From: Eledone cirrhosa
Taxonomy: Eukaryota
Direction: 5' to 3'
Length of the DNA stretch: 64,000 nucleotides
NCBI GenBank assembly: GCA_964016885.1
Contig: OZ024740.1
Span: 143,716,001 to 143,780,000 of the forward strand
The stretch's first letter is position 1, and each line of letters opens with the position of its first letter. Positions 1 to 13,460 of the stretch are shown piece by piece. The position numbers and the translations under genes are program-made. The notes beneath the pieces were generated by a model. The model had not been told where the DNA came from. It did no database searches and saw only the letters and a program-made list of their open reading frames with translations.

Positions 1-1290
1 CGGCCTTTATGACACCATCTCATCACAGAATTTCCTAGGTCTTCCTCTTCCAAGGGTTCCTTTGACTTCAGGAGCCCTACATTTCTTTATGCAGCTGTCA
101 TCCTTCATACATATTACATGTTCATACTATCGCAATTTCTTCTCATGAACACTACACATGATGCCTCTTATGCCCAGCTTTACTCTTAGCTCATTGATAT
201 TTCATCGCTCTTATATATTACTATTATACATTCATCGGAGCATGTTCATCTCATTTCTTTCCAATCTTTGTAAGTCCTCCATACACAAAGCCAAAGTCTA
301 ACTACAATGTAGCATTGCTGTTCGTACACAAGCAGCATACAGTCTGCCATTCACTCTGAGGCAGAAACCTTTTGTAGCTAGCAGTGACAGTAGCTCCCTG
401 ACTTAACTTTTTCCAACCAGTCCTTATTCTGGCTACTGTACTTTCAGAACACCCATTCCCACTACGAATTTGATCCTCTAGATAGCAGAAACTATTGACT
501 ATTTCTAGGAAGCCCTCTGAACATTTAATAGGGCGTTTCATGTGTGCTCTTGTTACTTACTGCTTCTGTGCATTGGTTACATACAAAGCCTACATTTTTA
601 ACCTGGTGTAAAACCAAACTGCATCTTGTCTATGTTAATTCTATCCTGAATTAGTTGTGCAATAACTATTTCAGTAACTTTCATGACTTGGTTCATCAAC
701 TTGATGCCTCTTTAGTTTCCTCTGTCTAGTGTGTCTCCTTTGCCCTTGATGCTGCTATGCCAGTCATTAGGTATGACACCATCCTGTATTACTTGATTTA
801 CTATGCACATAGTGTGTGCCCCACTCAACCAGATACTTTTGGCATCTGAGCTACTATCCCTGATGGCCCAGCTGCTTTACTTGTCTTCATATCCTTCATT
901 GCCTTACTTACTACACAGTTGCTAACTTGGCTGACCAGACCCTCTGTTGAATCTGCTTGAGGCAGGCCTTCTTTCTTCTCAGCAACAATGAGGGCAAGTC
1001 AACCACTGTCATTTTGGACACAATTCTCCCCAACAACATCTTGATTTTTCCCTCACATCTTGCAATCCTGAACACCTCATGCCTATGGTCCCCACAGTGC
1101 AGAACATGCACACATTTCTTGTTTTCTGCTTTCCTCCTTCCTAAGTATACCTGTCACTTGGCTTCTCTTCTACCATCTTGATACTGTTCTCTGCTTCCCC
1201 CATTTTGCCAATCTTTCCATGTCTGTTTCTTAATTCTAACTGTCTCATCTACTCTTCTATTCCACCACCATGTCACTCTATGGCATCCAG
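1..1290 (-). mobile_element. Degenerate RTE-clade LINE relic (in intron 4 of the receptor gene; copy B at about 49720-51080)
   Basis: ORF 302-541 EIVNSFCYLEDQIRSGNGCSESTVARIRTGWKK matches the C-terminal part of RTE ORFs elsewhere in the window; many frameshifts. Confidence 0.8.
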
Positions 1291-1866
1291 GGGCCTTGTT
1301 TTGAAGTATATGGGGACAGGGAAGGTTCTGTGGTATGAGTTAATTGGATTTGGTGCCTGGGATGTAGTGAGTTTGCAGTCATATTTCTGAACATGGTGTG
1401 GTACTTCAGCCCCTTTTCTAAAATGATCTACCTCATTTATATCGCTTATCCAGATTGATCAGACAGAAAACTGTTGGTGGTGGAAAGGGGATGGAAGAGA
1501 GGTTTCTGATGAGGTTTAGGGAAGAGGAGGAGAATAGAATTTAGGAAAAGAAAGATGGCAAACATGGATAAAATAGAACAGGACAAGAGAGATCTGAAGA
1601 AGTAAATTTTAGGGAAGAAAGATGAGATAGATTGAAAACAGCAAGCAAAAATAAAATGAAATATTTATGAACAATACAAGAGAGAGAGTGAGAAATGAAT
1701 TGTAGGGAAGGAAGAAAAATGAGAAATATATAATGTATATGGCAGAATTTGCAGAAAAGAGGAGAATAGGATTTAGGAAAAGAGAGATAGCAAACATCAC
1801 TAAAAATAGAATATTCATAAGATATAAGCTTTAAGGAAGAAAGATGAGATAAGAAGAAAATATATA

Positions 1867-2567
1867 CTGTATATACTCAAATATAAGCCACCACCACCCC
1901 TATTTTATGTCTGAGAAATGAGCAAAAATCCAACTGATCAACACATTATGTTTAGATAGAATGGTTTTGAAATTCTCGTGATTATAAAATATAGTTACAA
2001 AGTTTTAATATTTTGATGTTTAAAATATAGTTTTTGTTTCACACCTCCATTGGGTAATGAGTTTCCATTACGCTAAGTTTCAACAAGTTTCTCAAATGTT
2101 TGTTTACTTCTGGCCACTCACATGCTACAAGTACTTTGAAAGCAAGAAATCAACTAAGAAAGTATTGTATTAGAATAGAAGAAGGAGGGGGTGACAGCAA
2201 GTGAGAGATGGCAATAAAATAATATTAGAAGAAAGATTTCAATTTTACAGAACATTGAAAGAAAAAGTATTATTAAGTCAGAGAAAAACATGTATGTGTG
2301 TGCACATGTGCATGTGTAATTCTGTATAAGATATTTATGTATTAAAAAATTCAAATTATAAAACTTTGTTGGAAATATTTTCATGGGAATGCATAAAAAA
2401 CACTAATGATGATGTAAATGAAGCAAAACAGTTTCATTGTAAAATAATCACTCCATATATTTTAACACCTTATTTCTGGTGAAAATCAGCAAAATATAAG
2501 CTGACACCCATTTTACCATTGATTCTTTTTGTCACATATTTATTAGCTTATATTCAAGTATATATGG
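1867..2567. mobile_element. Tc1/mariner-superfamily (pogo/Tc2-type) MITE; copy B at 51660-52357
   Basis: Imperfect TIRs ctgtatatactcaaatataagc and gcttatattcaagtatatatgg, flanked by TA. Confidence 0.65.
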
Positions 2568-3401
2568 TATATGTGACTGTGTTTGAAGGAAAAGGTGAGG
2601 GCTTACAAGAATTAGTCACATAGTGTTATGTATATGCGGATGAAGTACAGAGGATATTATATGTAATATATTCTTGATTTGTGTAATGTTTATATTTTGG
2701 TTTAATGAAATTAAGCTATATCGTCAAGCACTTATTTCAGAATATTTGCAAGCTCTTTTAGTAATGGGGAATGAACTTTGACACGGGATTGGGGATCAAG
2801 TTTCATGTGACAAGGCCTAGTTTCAAAAAGGGATTTATATCATGTTGGTATCCTCTATATAGAAATATGTATAATGAGTGTTCTACCACATTCAGACTAT
2901 AATCACTGTACTATGTCCAGCTCCACCACTTGTTCTGTTACCAATATAACAGAACTTATCAATAATATAGAAGATATCATTGTAAGCCTTGCATGTGTCA
3001 TAGTTGAAATTATGGTAACTTTCCAGATTGTCTCAATAATGTTATACCTTATGACTGTTTGAACAAGCTAAGTAACTTAAATAGAAATAAATTAAGTATT
3101 AAATGTAATAAAGTAAAAGTTTAGTCCTTGAAAATTAGTTACTGGGGAAAAATCATTTGAGCCAGTCAAAATCTCACAAAAACTTTGAAATTCACTTTTA
3201 TCATTTATTTATTGTTGTCAAACTTTTCCTTGCATTGATTATGACCAAGTTACTGACACAGTTTCACTGATAAATATAAAATGAATTTAAGTTTCTTAAG
3301 TCTCAACACAAGCTCAATCAAGTCACATACCAACCAAGTACAACTCTGAAATTAATAATGATTTCTTTAAATATTCTTTTTTATTTTACTTTCTTTCTCA
3401 G

Positions 3402-3567
3402 AAAGATCTGAAACTTACACACGAATCTGAACCTTGTAATAATCGAAGTAGTAAATTAAACCCTCCTGATGTAAAGTTAATACACCAATCAACTACACCT
3501 GGGAAAATCAAATGTGATGTCCATCTTGATAGTCTTTTACTGTTTACTGTAAATAAAGAATTTGAAT
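3402..3567 (+). CDS. Ig-like receptor exon 5, copy A
   Basis: KDLKLTHESEPCNNRSSKLNPPDVKLIHQSTTPGKIKCDVHLDSLLLFTVNKEFE; same splice sites as 53192-53357. Upstream exons would lie left of the window. Confidence 0.85.
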
Positions 3568-4009
3568 GTAAGGGCATGATTTTATCATTTTTATAAATAA
3601 TATTGGAAATTGTTTTCAAATGTTCTTTGTTTAGATATATTCACTTCTTAGAATCTGCTCCCACCATCACTGTACTCCCCCAATTCCACCCCTTCCACTC
3701 ATCACCCTGTCAAACCCCAGCACACCTATCTTATACCCATAACATATTCTCTTCACCTTTTTACTTCCTCACATCACCACTTGAAGCCAGGCATGGAACC
3801 TATCACTCTCCACCTCTTGTCACCTATATCCTTTTTACATCCTTCATCGTCTCTCCCCAAATAAGTTGAGTGATTGCATAAATGCTGCATCATTGGCTCT
3901 AAAGGACTGTAGCATTACTTCTTCACATGAAGGTAACTTAGACAAACTATAACCACTTGATTTCTTGCAGCTATTAAATAAATAACAATATATTGGTTTT
4001 CTTTTGCAG

Positions 4010-4179
4010 GCACTAGCTCTTCAGTGAAGCCTCTTACTACAATGACAGAGGATATTACTACAATGACACCTTTTACAATAGCGTCTATTTCGGGTAATAG
4101 TGCAAAATCATGCATTTCCAGAATTTGGATGGAACTTATTATTGGGATCATCATTACTGTTATCTGTTTAAGATATTAA
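4010..4179 (+). CDS. Ig-like receptor exon 6, copy A
   Basis: CTSSSVKPLTTMTEDITTMTPFTIASISGNSAKSCISRIWMELIIGIIITVICLRY*; 21 nt shorter than copy B. Confidence 0.85.
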
Positions 4180-4589
4180 AAAGTAATAGATAGAGATGGT
4201 ATGTATTATCCACTATTTTTTTGCATGAATTTGATGGGTTTTCACCCTCACAGCTTACTTTCAACTTGCTCCAACAATTTGAGATCAGCATCTCACCACT
4301 TCAGTCAAAGTCTTCCTTAGTCTTCTCTTCCACATCTTTCTTCCTTGGATTCTCTTAGTTCTTCTTGACCCAACGATCATTATGCATCAGCATCACATGT
4401 CCTTACCAGTGCAATCTTCTCTCTTGCACATTTGATTCAACTTATGCCCAGTTTTTCACTCAATTCATTTGTGCTTCATCATTCATGCATACTAACATTA
4501 CACATTCTTAAAGAGCATGTTTGATTTGTTTCTCTGCAGTCTTCACACATTCTCTGTATTCACTGCCCATGTCTTACTACAATGCTGTA

Positions 4590-5095
4590 TCACACTTAAG
4601 AGACGTGCAACCAAGCAAATACCCTCCATCAGGCATCTACCATACTCTGAATGCCTTGCTTCCCTGGGCATGGATACATTGAAGCTCCGACGTCTGGCAA
4701 TTGACTTGGTAAACACCCACAAAATTATTAACCATCTGAGCACCTTTTTGATTTCCATGTGTCTAACACACATGGGCATGCCTACAAAGTCAGAAAACAG
4801 CACAGCTCCCATGACTTTCGGAAAAAATTTTTCATGCTCAGAGTTGCTGAAGCATGGAACAAACTCTGCATCAGTTGTTAGCTGCCGAGACACAACATGC
4901 TTTAAAACCTCCATGCTTCCTGAAATTTGCCAACACTATACTTGATATCCCTCCCCCATACACATGCACACATATATATCATGACTCATACACTGTTCAC
5001 TTTCCTGGCATTTGTACATCATTCTATGTACTATAAATGCACCTTTGATGAATCGTAGTGCACCTGAGCACTGTACACAATAAATTCATTATTAT
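4590..5095 (+). mobile_element. CR1-type LINE 3' end
   Basis: LPYSECLASLGMDTLKLRRLAIDL...HKII, typical of the CR1 ORF2 C-terminus; 3'UTR ends in (att)n. Confidence 0.8.
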
Positions 5096-5105
5096 TATAT
5101 ATATA

Positions 5106-5470
5106 TAATGAAATTATTGTGTGAAGTGCTCAGGTGCACTACAACTCGTCAAAGGTGCATGTATAGTACATAGAATAATACACAAATGTCAGTGAAGTGA
5201 ATAGTGTATGAGTCATGATATACATGTGTGTATGTGTATGGAGGGGGAACATTAGGTGTAGTGTTGGCGAATCTCGGGAAGCATGGAGGCCTTAAAGGAT
5301 GCAGTGTCTCGACAGCTAACAACCGATGCAGGTAGTTTGTTCCATGCTTCAGCAACTCTGAGCGTGAAAAAGTGTTTTCGAAAGTCATGGGAACTGTACA
5401 GTTTTCTGACTTTGTGGGCATGTCCACGTGTGTTAGACACATGGAAATCAAAAAGGTACTCAGGGTTGTT
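5106..5470 (-). mobile_element. CR1-type LINE 3' end, inverted and tail-to-tail with the previous copy
   Basis: ORF 5252-5485 NTRGHAHKVRK...FFTLRVAEAWNKLPASVV. Confidence 0.85.
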
Positions 5471-5616
5471 ATATGCAGGAATCATACAATCTACGCTTCA
5501 GATGTAGAGAAAAACCCTTGTTATCAACAAATATTTCAGTGTTATCTCTTTTCTCACTATTACCTCAGACAAAGAAGAATCCATCTTTAAAAATTTATAA
5601 ATAAATTTTTTTTAAT

Positions 5617-8040
5617 GAAATCATCATCATCATTTTACGTCCGCTTTTCCCTGCTTGCAAGGGTGGGACGGGTCTTATTCAGCACAGCATCTCTCCACTC
5701 GTCACGGTCCCTCGTCATCTCCACAGTGAGCTTCAATGATCTGAGGTCTGTTCTCACCACCTCCGCCCATGTTTTTCGTGGTCTACCTCTACCACGTCTT
5801 CCTTCAACTGGCATTTCCTGGCACTTCTTCACCCATCGGTCATCCTCCATGCGCATCACATGTCCATACCACCTCAGTCTCCTCTCCCGTACACTACATT
5901 CTATCCCTCTCAGACACAGTTTCTCTCTCAACACATTTATGCTGGGTCGTTCACGCACATTTACACTGCACATCCAACGGAGCATGCTTGCCTCATTTCT
6001 CTCCAGCCGTCGCATATCCTCTGCGGTTGCTGCCCATGTCTCACTACCATGCAGCATCGCGCTCCTCACACAGGCATCATACAACCGGCCTTTCGTACGC
6101 AGGGAGAAACCCTTCTTCGTCAACAGAGGAAGCAGCTCCCTAAACTTCTTCCAACCCGTCCTTATTCTAGATACTATGGCCTCGGAACACCCTCCACCCA
6201 TGCTAATCTGATCTCCTAGGTACCGGAAGCTATCCACCACTTCTATAGCGCCCTCTCGCATTTGAAAAATGTGTCTATCAGTGCGACTTCTACTGTCTAA
6301 TTTCGCTATACACCATATATAGCCTGATTGATGATGCGTGCAACCAGTTTAGTGCCTACGTCCCCTGATGCCTTCAGCATCTCAGCAACTATTCCCGATG
6401 GTCCGGCCGCCTTACCATTTTTCATTTCCCTAATCGCCTCTTGGACCCTATATTCGTCAATCTCAATAGCTGGTCCCTCTGTCGGATCTACTAAGGGTAA
6501 TTTCTCTCTCTCCCATTCGTTCTCCACATTCATCAGTCTCTCATAATGACATTTCCAGGCCTCCTTTTTCTGGTCATTCGTGACACTAAGTACACCGGCA
6601 TCATCCCGGACACATTTATCTCCAACAACATCCTGATTTGCATTGACACACTGCCTTGCAATGTGGAACACCGCACGCCTCTGATCTTCCCGTCGCAGAA
6701 CATTGGCAAACCTCCTACTCTCTGCCTCCCTGCGTGCTAAGTACACCTGACGTCTAGCTTCTCTCTTAGTGGCTGTATATTCTTCCCTACTCCCACCCTT
6801 TTTCCAAGCCTTCCATGCTAGTCTTTTGTCTCTAATAGCCTTATCTACTGTGCTGTTCCACCACCAGGACACTCTCTGTCTGGTTGGAGCTCTGCTCCAG
6901 CCACAGGTTTCATCAGTAGCCTGCAGCAAGTTGTCACGTAAGAACTTCCAGTTATTATCTATGTCATACGTCTCTAAATTGTCTTCTTTTTCGTCATATA
7001 CATCTTGAAGGGCTTTCCTAAATTTGTATTTTAGTGAAAGGTCTTTTAGCTTCCAGACCTTTCTTCTCCACACCTTCCTATATGTCTCATTCTATCTCTT
7101 GCTTACTGAGATATCACTAACAGCTAACCTATGCTGTGGGGTACATTCTTCCCCAGGGTATGCCTTGGTATTAGACACTATCTGCCTGTCCCGCTGCCTA
7201 ACTAGCAGGAAGTCAATCTGGCTTATGTGCTCACCAGATTTGTAGGTTATTAGGTGATTGGCAGGTTTCTGGAAGTTTGTGTTGCAAATAGTCAATGTAC
7301 TCGCATCACAAAATTCAAGAAGTCTCACTCCTTCTTCATTTCTTGAACCGTAACCGTGCCCACCATGTACCCCAGTGTAACCATCCTGGAGCTGTCCAAC
7401 ATGACCATTGAAGTCTCCTGCTAGCATAACGATGTCTCCGTCCTCTGTCATTGTGGTTGTTTGCAAAAGTTGCTCATAAAAGCAGTCTTTCTCATCTTTG
7501 CCTAGGCCTGCTTGGGGAGCATAGACCGAGATGATTGTCAGTAGTCTCCTACCTACAACTAATCTAAGCTTAATTATTCGATTACTAACTCGAACTACCT
7601 CTATTGTCTTATTGATCCATTTCTCAGCCAGGAAAATGCCTACTCCCCCTAACTCATCATCATTACCTACCCAGAATAGCTTATAGCTAAGACGCTTGCC
7701 TACAACTAGTCTCGCAGAGGCACCTCTCCATCTCACCTCTTGCACGCAGCACACATCCACCTGCCTTCTCTCCAGCATCTCTGCTATTTCAGCAGATCTA
7801 CCTCTGAGAGTGCCAACATTAAGTGTTGCAACTCTGAGATGCGACGTCTTCATATTTTCCTATGCTGTTTTGTTGCTGTGCTGATAAGCTTTTTGGCATT
7901 GATACACTGGTTGGATGCCCTTCCTAACACCAGCGCCACTTTACAGCATGGACTGGGTGCTTTTATTTGTGCCACCAGCACTAGAGAGGATGTCTTACTA
8001 GACTCAAGGGCCCTCTCTACCCCTCCATTTTACAGCATGG
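5617..8040 (-). mobile_element. RTE-clade LINE with internal deletion of the RT core (copy B about 55440-57590)
   Basis: APE endonuclease ORF 7092-7853 (TLNVGTL, VQEVRW, GDFNGHVG, QIDFLL); in-frame linker ORF 6306-7073; C-terminal ORF 5635-6261 (RRLRWYGHVMRM); (gat)n tail at about 5620-5632. No YADD region. Confidence 0.92.
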
Positions 8041-8106
8041 TCATTAAAAAAAAAAAAAAAAAAAAAAAAAATTATTGACATGACTCACACACCAATACTC
8101 ATGCAT

Positions 8107-8760
8107 TGGCTGCTTCAATTGTGATGACTGAACTTTGGATTCCAGGTTGTACCCATATGCTCATATCTCGTCTCTAGTTATCACAATATTCAGGAACTCA
8201 AAATCCTTGTTAGCAGTATCCAGCAGGTCCAGTGCAACTTCAAGATGAAGTTTTGTTGCTCCCGAGAAAGCAACTTGGGCACAAATTTTGCTGCTATTCT
8301 GCACATGACCAAATCCTTTCTTAAAATTGCATATGCAGAATTTTTACTGATCACAGCCTTCATCACAAATTTCCCACACTGTCAAATGATGATTCTTCAT
8401 TATCAAGTTCTGCACTTTCTCAATAATAACTGCCTTTCGACCTGTTCTACCATTAGTAACCTGCATGTTGAATTTTACAAATTATTTCTGCTTGGATATA
8501 TTTTGGAGAAAAATTTGATACAAGCTCATTGCTGTTCTGTCAGCATGAACAAAATTGAAATGGCTCAACAAAAATCATGCAGCTCCATTTTGCATGCTTT
8601 TGTCTCCCTAACATCACTACTTCTCACAAGAAAAAATAAGTGTGATATGGTTTTGACAAACATTACATATAGTTTCATAATATTCATACAAATTTTGATA
8701 ACTCATTTTGTTATTCATTTTTGTTAATTTCAGGTCACTGCAAAGACATAAGGAATGCTT
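8107..8760 (-). mobile_element. Mariner-type transposase relic (longer in copy B, about 58330-59460)
   Basis: Minus strand gives a ...RIAAKFVPKLL-like motif at about 8270-8310; copy B adds an SPDIAPxDFWCFPK-like motif at about 58480-58520. Confidence 0.6.
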
Positions 8761-8882
8761 AAAGACTTTTTAAATAAAGACTTTTTAAATAACTGTGTTT
8801 TAGTTACTCTCAATTCTTGAATAATCTGGTATGGGTGTCCCGTTTACTTGTTCCAGCCATCCGGCTGAGGCGACCGCAGATT

Positions 8883-8987
8883 ATCTATATCTATATACTA
8901 CTAAAACTCTGTGATTGCTTGCTTGCCTGTAATACATTACAAAAAAGCTGAAGTGAACGTGACCCAACGGTTCACGGGTGGTCTAGT
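8883..8987 (+). mobile_element. Short Helitron/Helentron-like non-autonomous element
   Basis: Starts (a)tctatat..., has a subterminal hairpin-like region cgtgacccaacggttcacg, ends ctagt. Confidence 0.5.
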
Positions 8988-10348
8988 ATAATATAAAAGA
9001 GAGATATTTATTAGTTGGTTGAATCACACAAAAACTACACATACATCTAAAGAAAGAGAGAGATAGGCCATTATACAGTGAGAGATACAAGTGTTAAATA
9101 TTCAGAGAGAGAGAGTGACATCCCACAAAAGTATAGAATCAGCTTAAACTATAGATGCTTTGATCCATAAGAAGGTTTAACAATATTGCATTAGCTTTTA
9201 TAAAGTAGTTTTACAGTCTTTGATTTTACAGAACAAAGAAAAATTGATATTTGAAATTAATCTACCCTCTAGCTTGTATCCATATACTACTTACAGTCTG
9301 TACTAACGGAGCAACACTTCAGAAGCAATGGTGCGTTTCAGATGACGTCCTTTGGAGCTGAAAAAGATCATACTGACTGGTTATTTCACATTTAAAATCC
9401 AAGGCCAATGCTACCATTTAATCAGCAGTTTACTCCTCCATCTAATCCATGCTAGCGTGGAAGAACGGACGTAAAACGGTGATGATGATGATGATCTACA
9501 CAGTTTTGGTTACTAATTATCATCTGCAGTAGCATTTAATATCCACTTTCCATGCTTGTGTTGGTTAGACAGATTGTCACGTTATGAGACAAGACAGGTC
9601 AAGTAACCAGGACTGGATTTAGACCATGGGGGTACCCCCTTCCTTACACAAAATGCAAAAAACTGACCAATAATACATAAATATAATAGAGATACATACA
9701 TAGACATTAAATGGAAATATACATAATATATACACAATAGGTAAATGTTAAATATTATATATAAATGTAGACATATTAGTGTCAGAGCTGGTACAAAGAT
9801 TTTCGCATATATGTACTAGAGGTTTTGGCCAAAGCGTATCAAACCACCATAATGTGGTTAAATGCATCTATCAATGAAAATCTATCGTTGCCTAAACTAA
9901 GTACAGTAAGTTATATCTACATATTCAGAACACTGCTCTCTACATCCTGTAGGGAGAGAGCACTTAGTATTTTGTGGGTCATAATGATTGTCAGTTAAAT
10001 CTTTATGAGTGCTAATTTGCTGAATGATCTCTCTCCTGAACTCTTTACTATCAAATATATCATAAGAACTATATCAACACTTGGAAAGGTATCAGCAAGC
10101 CAATCATAGAGTAACACTGCCTGTTGAGATGGCATGAGACATGACCTGAAAGTTTTAATCAAGGAATTGAATATATTTTAACCATAAACCCTGTAATTTT
10201 GACATGTACTATATTTCTAATCTGAAGAGAATGATGCATTCATCCCACAGAAAGATGAGCCTTTGTAATTTAAACTTGTATAAGGAAGAAAAAAGGGAAT
10301 AAAAAGAAAATTTATTGTATATAAACTTTGTTGCACTTACTGACATTA

Positions 10349-10686
10349 CATCATCATCATCATTTTACGTCCGCTTTTCTCTGCTTGCAAGGGTGGGACA
10401 GGAACTGATTCTGGCTTGATTTCTACAGCTGGATGCCCTTCCTAACACCAACCTCATTTACAGTGAGTGCTGGGTGCTTTATTGCCATGGCACCTCCAAG
10501 ACCACTTTGCAGTGGAATGATATGGACCCCAGTCCCTATCATCTCATTTCTACAGCTGAGTAAACTGGAGCAATGTGAAATAAAGTGTCTTGCTCAAGGA
10601 AACAACACATCACCCAGTCTGTGAATTGAACTCACAACCTTATGATTGCAAGGCCAATGCTCTAACCACTAAGCCATGTGCCTCCA
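10349..10686 (-). mobile_element. tRNA-headed SINE with bipartite RTE-derived body and tail (copy B about 61043-61380)
   Basis: Minus strand has A box TGGCTTAGTGG, B box GAGTTCAATTC and a V-like ccttgagcaagacactt domain. It then matches the RTE 5'UTR (7905-7975) and the RTE 3' end (5620-5670) with a (gat)n tail. Confidence 0.75.
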
Positions 10687-11599
10687 CTACACATGTTTAA
10701 ATTTTAGAATATAGGCCTTGTTTTGAGCAAAGTATGAGATTTCTAAAAAAAAACATCCCTAAACTAATAAAAAATGAAAATCTGCAGTTCAAACACAGCA
10801 TCAAAGTTTCAAATCCTTTTGAGAGATGTCTGGGAGAAATAGAGACAGATTTACCACAGTATTTAAGTAGTTTATTCTCACCTCCACTCTAGAAGAGAGA
10901 TTTTTCAATGTTCTTTATACGTTCATAGCAGACAGTTCTCCATTTTCCAGTCAGCAGCTAGGGCTTCAAACAAAGTAAGATATGTTCCCTGATTTAAAAT
11001 TGTACTTCAGTTTGTCTTTTTATCTGAATAATAGTCTGCTTACATTACTTGCACCATTATGAAGTTGACTGTATAACAGTACCTTGGGTGTGCTGTCGTC
11101 AATCATACATAGAACATGACCAGCCCATATATATATATGTGTATAATCATTGATATATATGTATACTGAACCTTAAGGACATCAAAGCACATGTATATAG
11201 AGTGAGTCTGCAGTGCTGAGACCGGGGAGTCCACTAATCATGAGAGTGTATATATATATATTTATATTTGAAAAAGGAGTAAGGTTCTATACAAAACAGG
11301 TTATAGAGAAAAAGTAGGATTGGAAACAGCACAGGAAATAACGGGAAATAAATTTAAAGAATCTGGGTTTTTTTTACTTCTTTGATCCGTCAATTTGAAA
11401 AATGTACTGTCAATGTACTGTCTTAGCTATAAAGATGTCATAATGTGTATAAATAATAGAATTATGTCCCTCTTTAAGAAAACAAGAATAGTATAAAAGT
11501 AAAAACCCAATTTATATAATAAATATGATTTTCAAAAGAAACAAATCAATAAAAATCAGTCAATGAAAAATAACAGAAAGCACACTTAATGACAAACTA

Positions 11600-11970
11600 C
11601 AACATAAAATGCTGGTATTGCCCTCTAAAAATGTTTGAGGCAAGCCAAGACAGCATTACTGAGAGTGATAGTGAGGCTAAGATGCTGGAATAGCCAAGTG
11701 TCCTTATGAACATCATCTGATAATTAACTGTCAACGGCCCAGCTTCCCTTAACATTCTCAAATGTTACAAGCTAAAAATGTCATTCACTGATAAATCACA
11801 GTATTTCAGTAATTCATTCTGTTTATGAAAAGATATAACAACATTAGAAGATATTTCCTTGTGACTTTTATGAACAGTATAATACTTTTCAAATTGAAAT
11901 GGTTGATATGTTATATTTGAAAACCCAGAGTCGACAGTTACATGTGATATAAAGAAAATTAAAGATTTAA
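11600..11970 (-). mobile_element. Degenerate 3' (restriction-like endonuclease) end of a CRE-type non-LTR element
   Basis: Shares tgctggaatagccaag...cttatga.catca with 49170-49215; ORF tail LKYCDLSVNDIF. Confidence 0.45.
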
Positions 11971-12589
11971 TGAACATAAGTAATTTGAAATTGCTAATCA
12001 ATATTAATTCTATTCTCCACCACAATCTGAAGTCAGTGATTAATCAGATTGTAATAATACATGTCTATGTATTTAGTTTTGTTTTAGATCTTTTATCTAA
12101 AAATATTTTAATATATCGTTTGTAGTAACTTGTGTTTGGGTGACACTTCATCTGTAGTAAGACTATCCAAGCAGTTAAATATTTAATAACTTTTGAGAGA
12201 GAAACACTTTAGAAATGTTTACCAGTATTATTAGACTTCCATTAGCAGAAACTAACTTTTCTATATAATCATACATAATAGTTTAGAGAATGATCTAAAA
12301 TAAGCTTATTGATTTATCTCATTGTTTAATCACTAATTTCAAATTTTGTAGCTTTGGTTAGATGTTCTACATATTAAATGATAATATAATAATTTAAGAG
12401 TAAACCAGATTTATTAAAATTACAGGTTACTAAAATTTATTCTAAAAGAGTGATGCAGTAAAAACTAATGATTCAGAGCCTCACAGCTGAGACGACAAAA
12501 GGTTGAGGAAATGTGGTGATATCATTTAAGACAGATATGTCTAACTAATACTATTGATGTAGTCATTCTTCTGTAGTAATACAGACATG

Positions 12590-13460
<871 letters not shown>

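Noticed and set aside
3915-4154. Minus-strand hydrophobic ORF (and 3398-3619 on the minus strand)
   Set aside because: Antisense to receptor exons 5 and 6, which have proper splice sites on the + strand.
5615-6219. Plus-strand ORFs of 119-198 aa (also 55438-56101)
   Set aside because: Antisense shadows of the RTE coding strand; no independent protein features.
7092-7094. TAG between the in-frame RTE ORFs (and TAA in the ZNF at 13286) rescued by A-to-I editing to Trp
   Set aside because: No evidence from DNA alone; the element lacks RT and the ZNF has other lesions, so plain decay is simpler.
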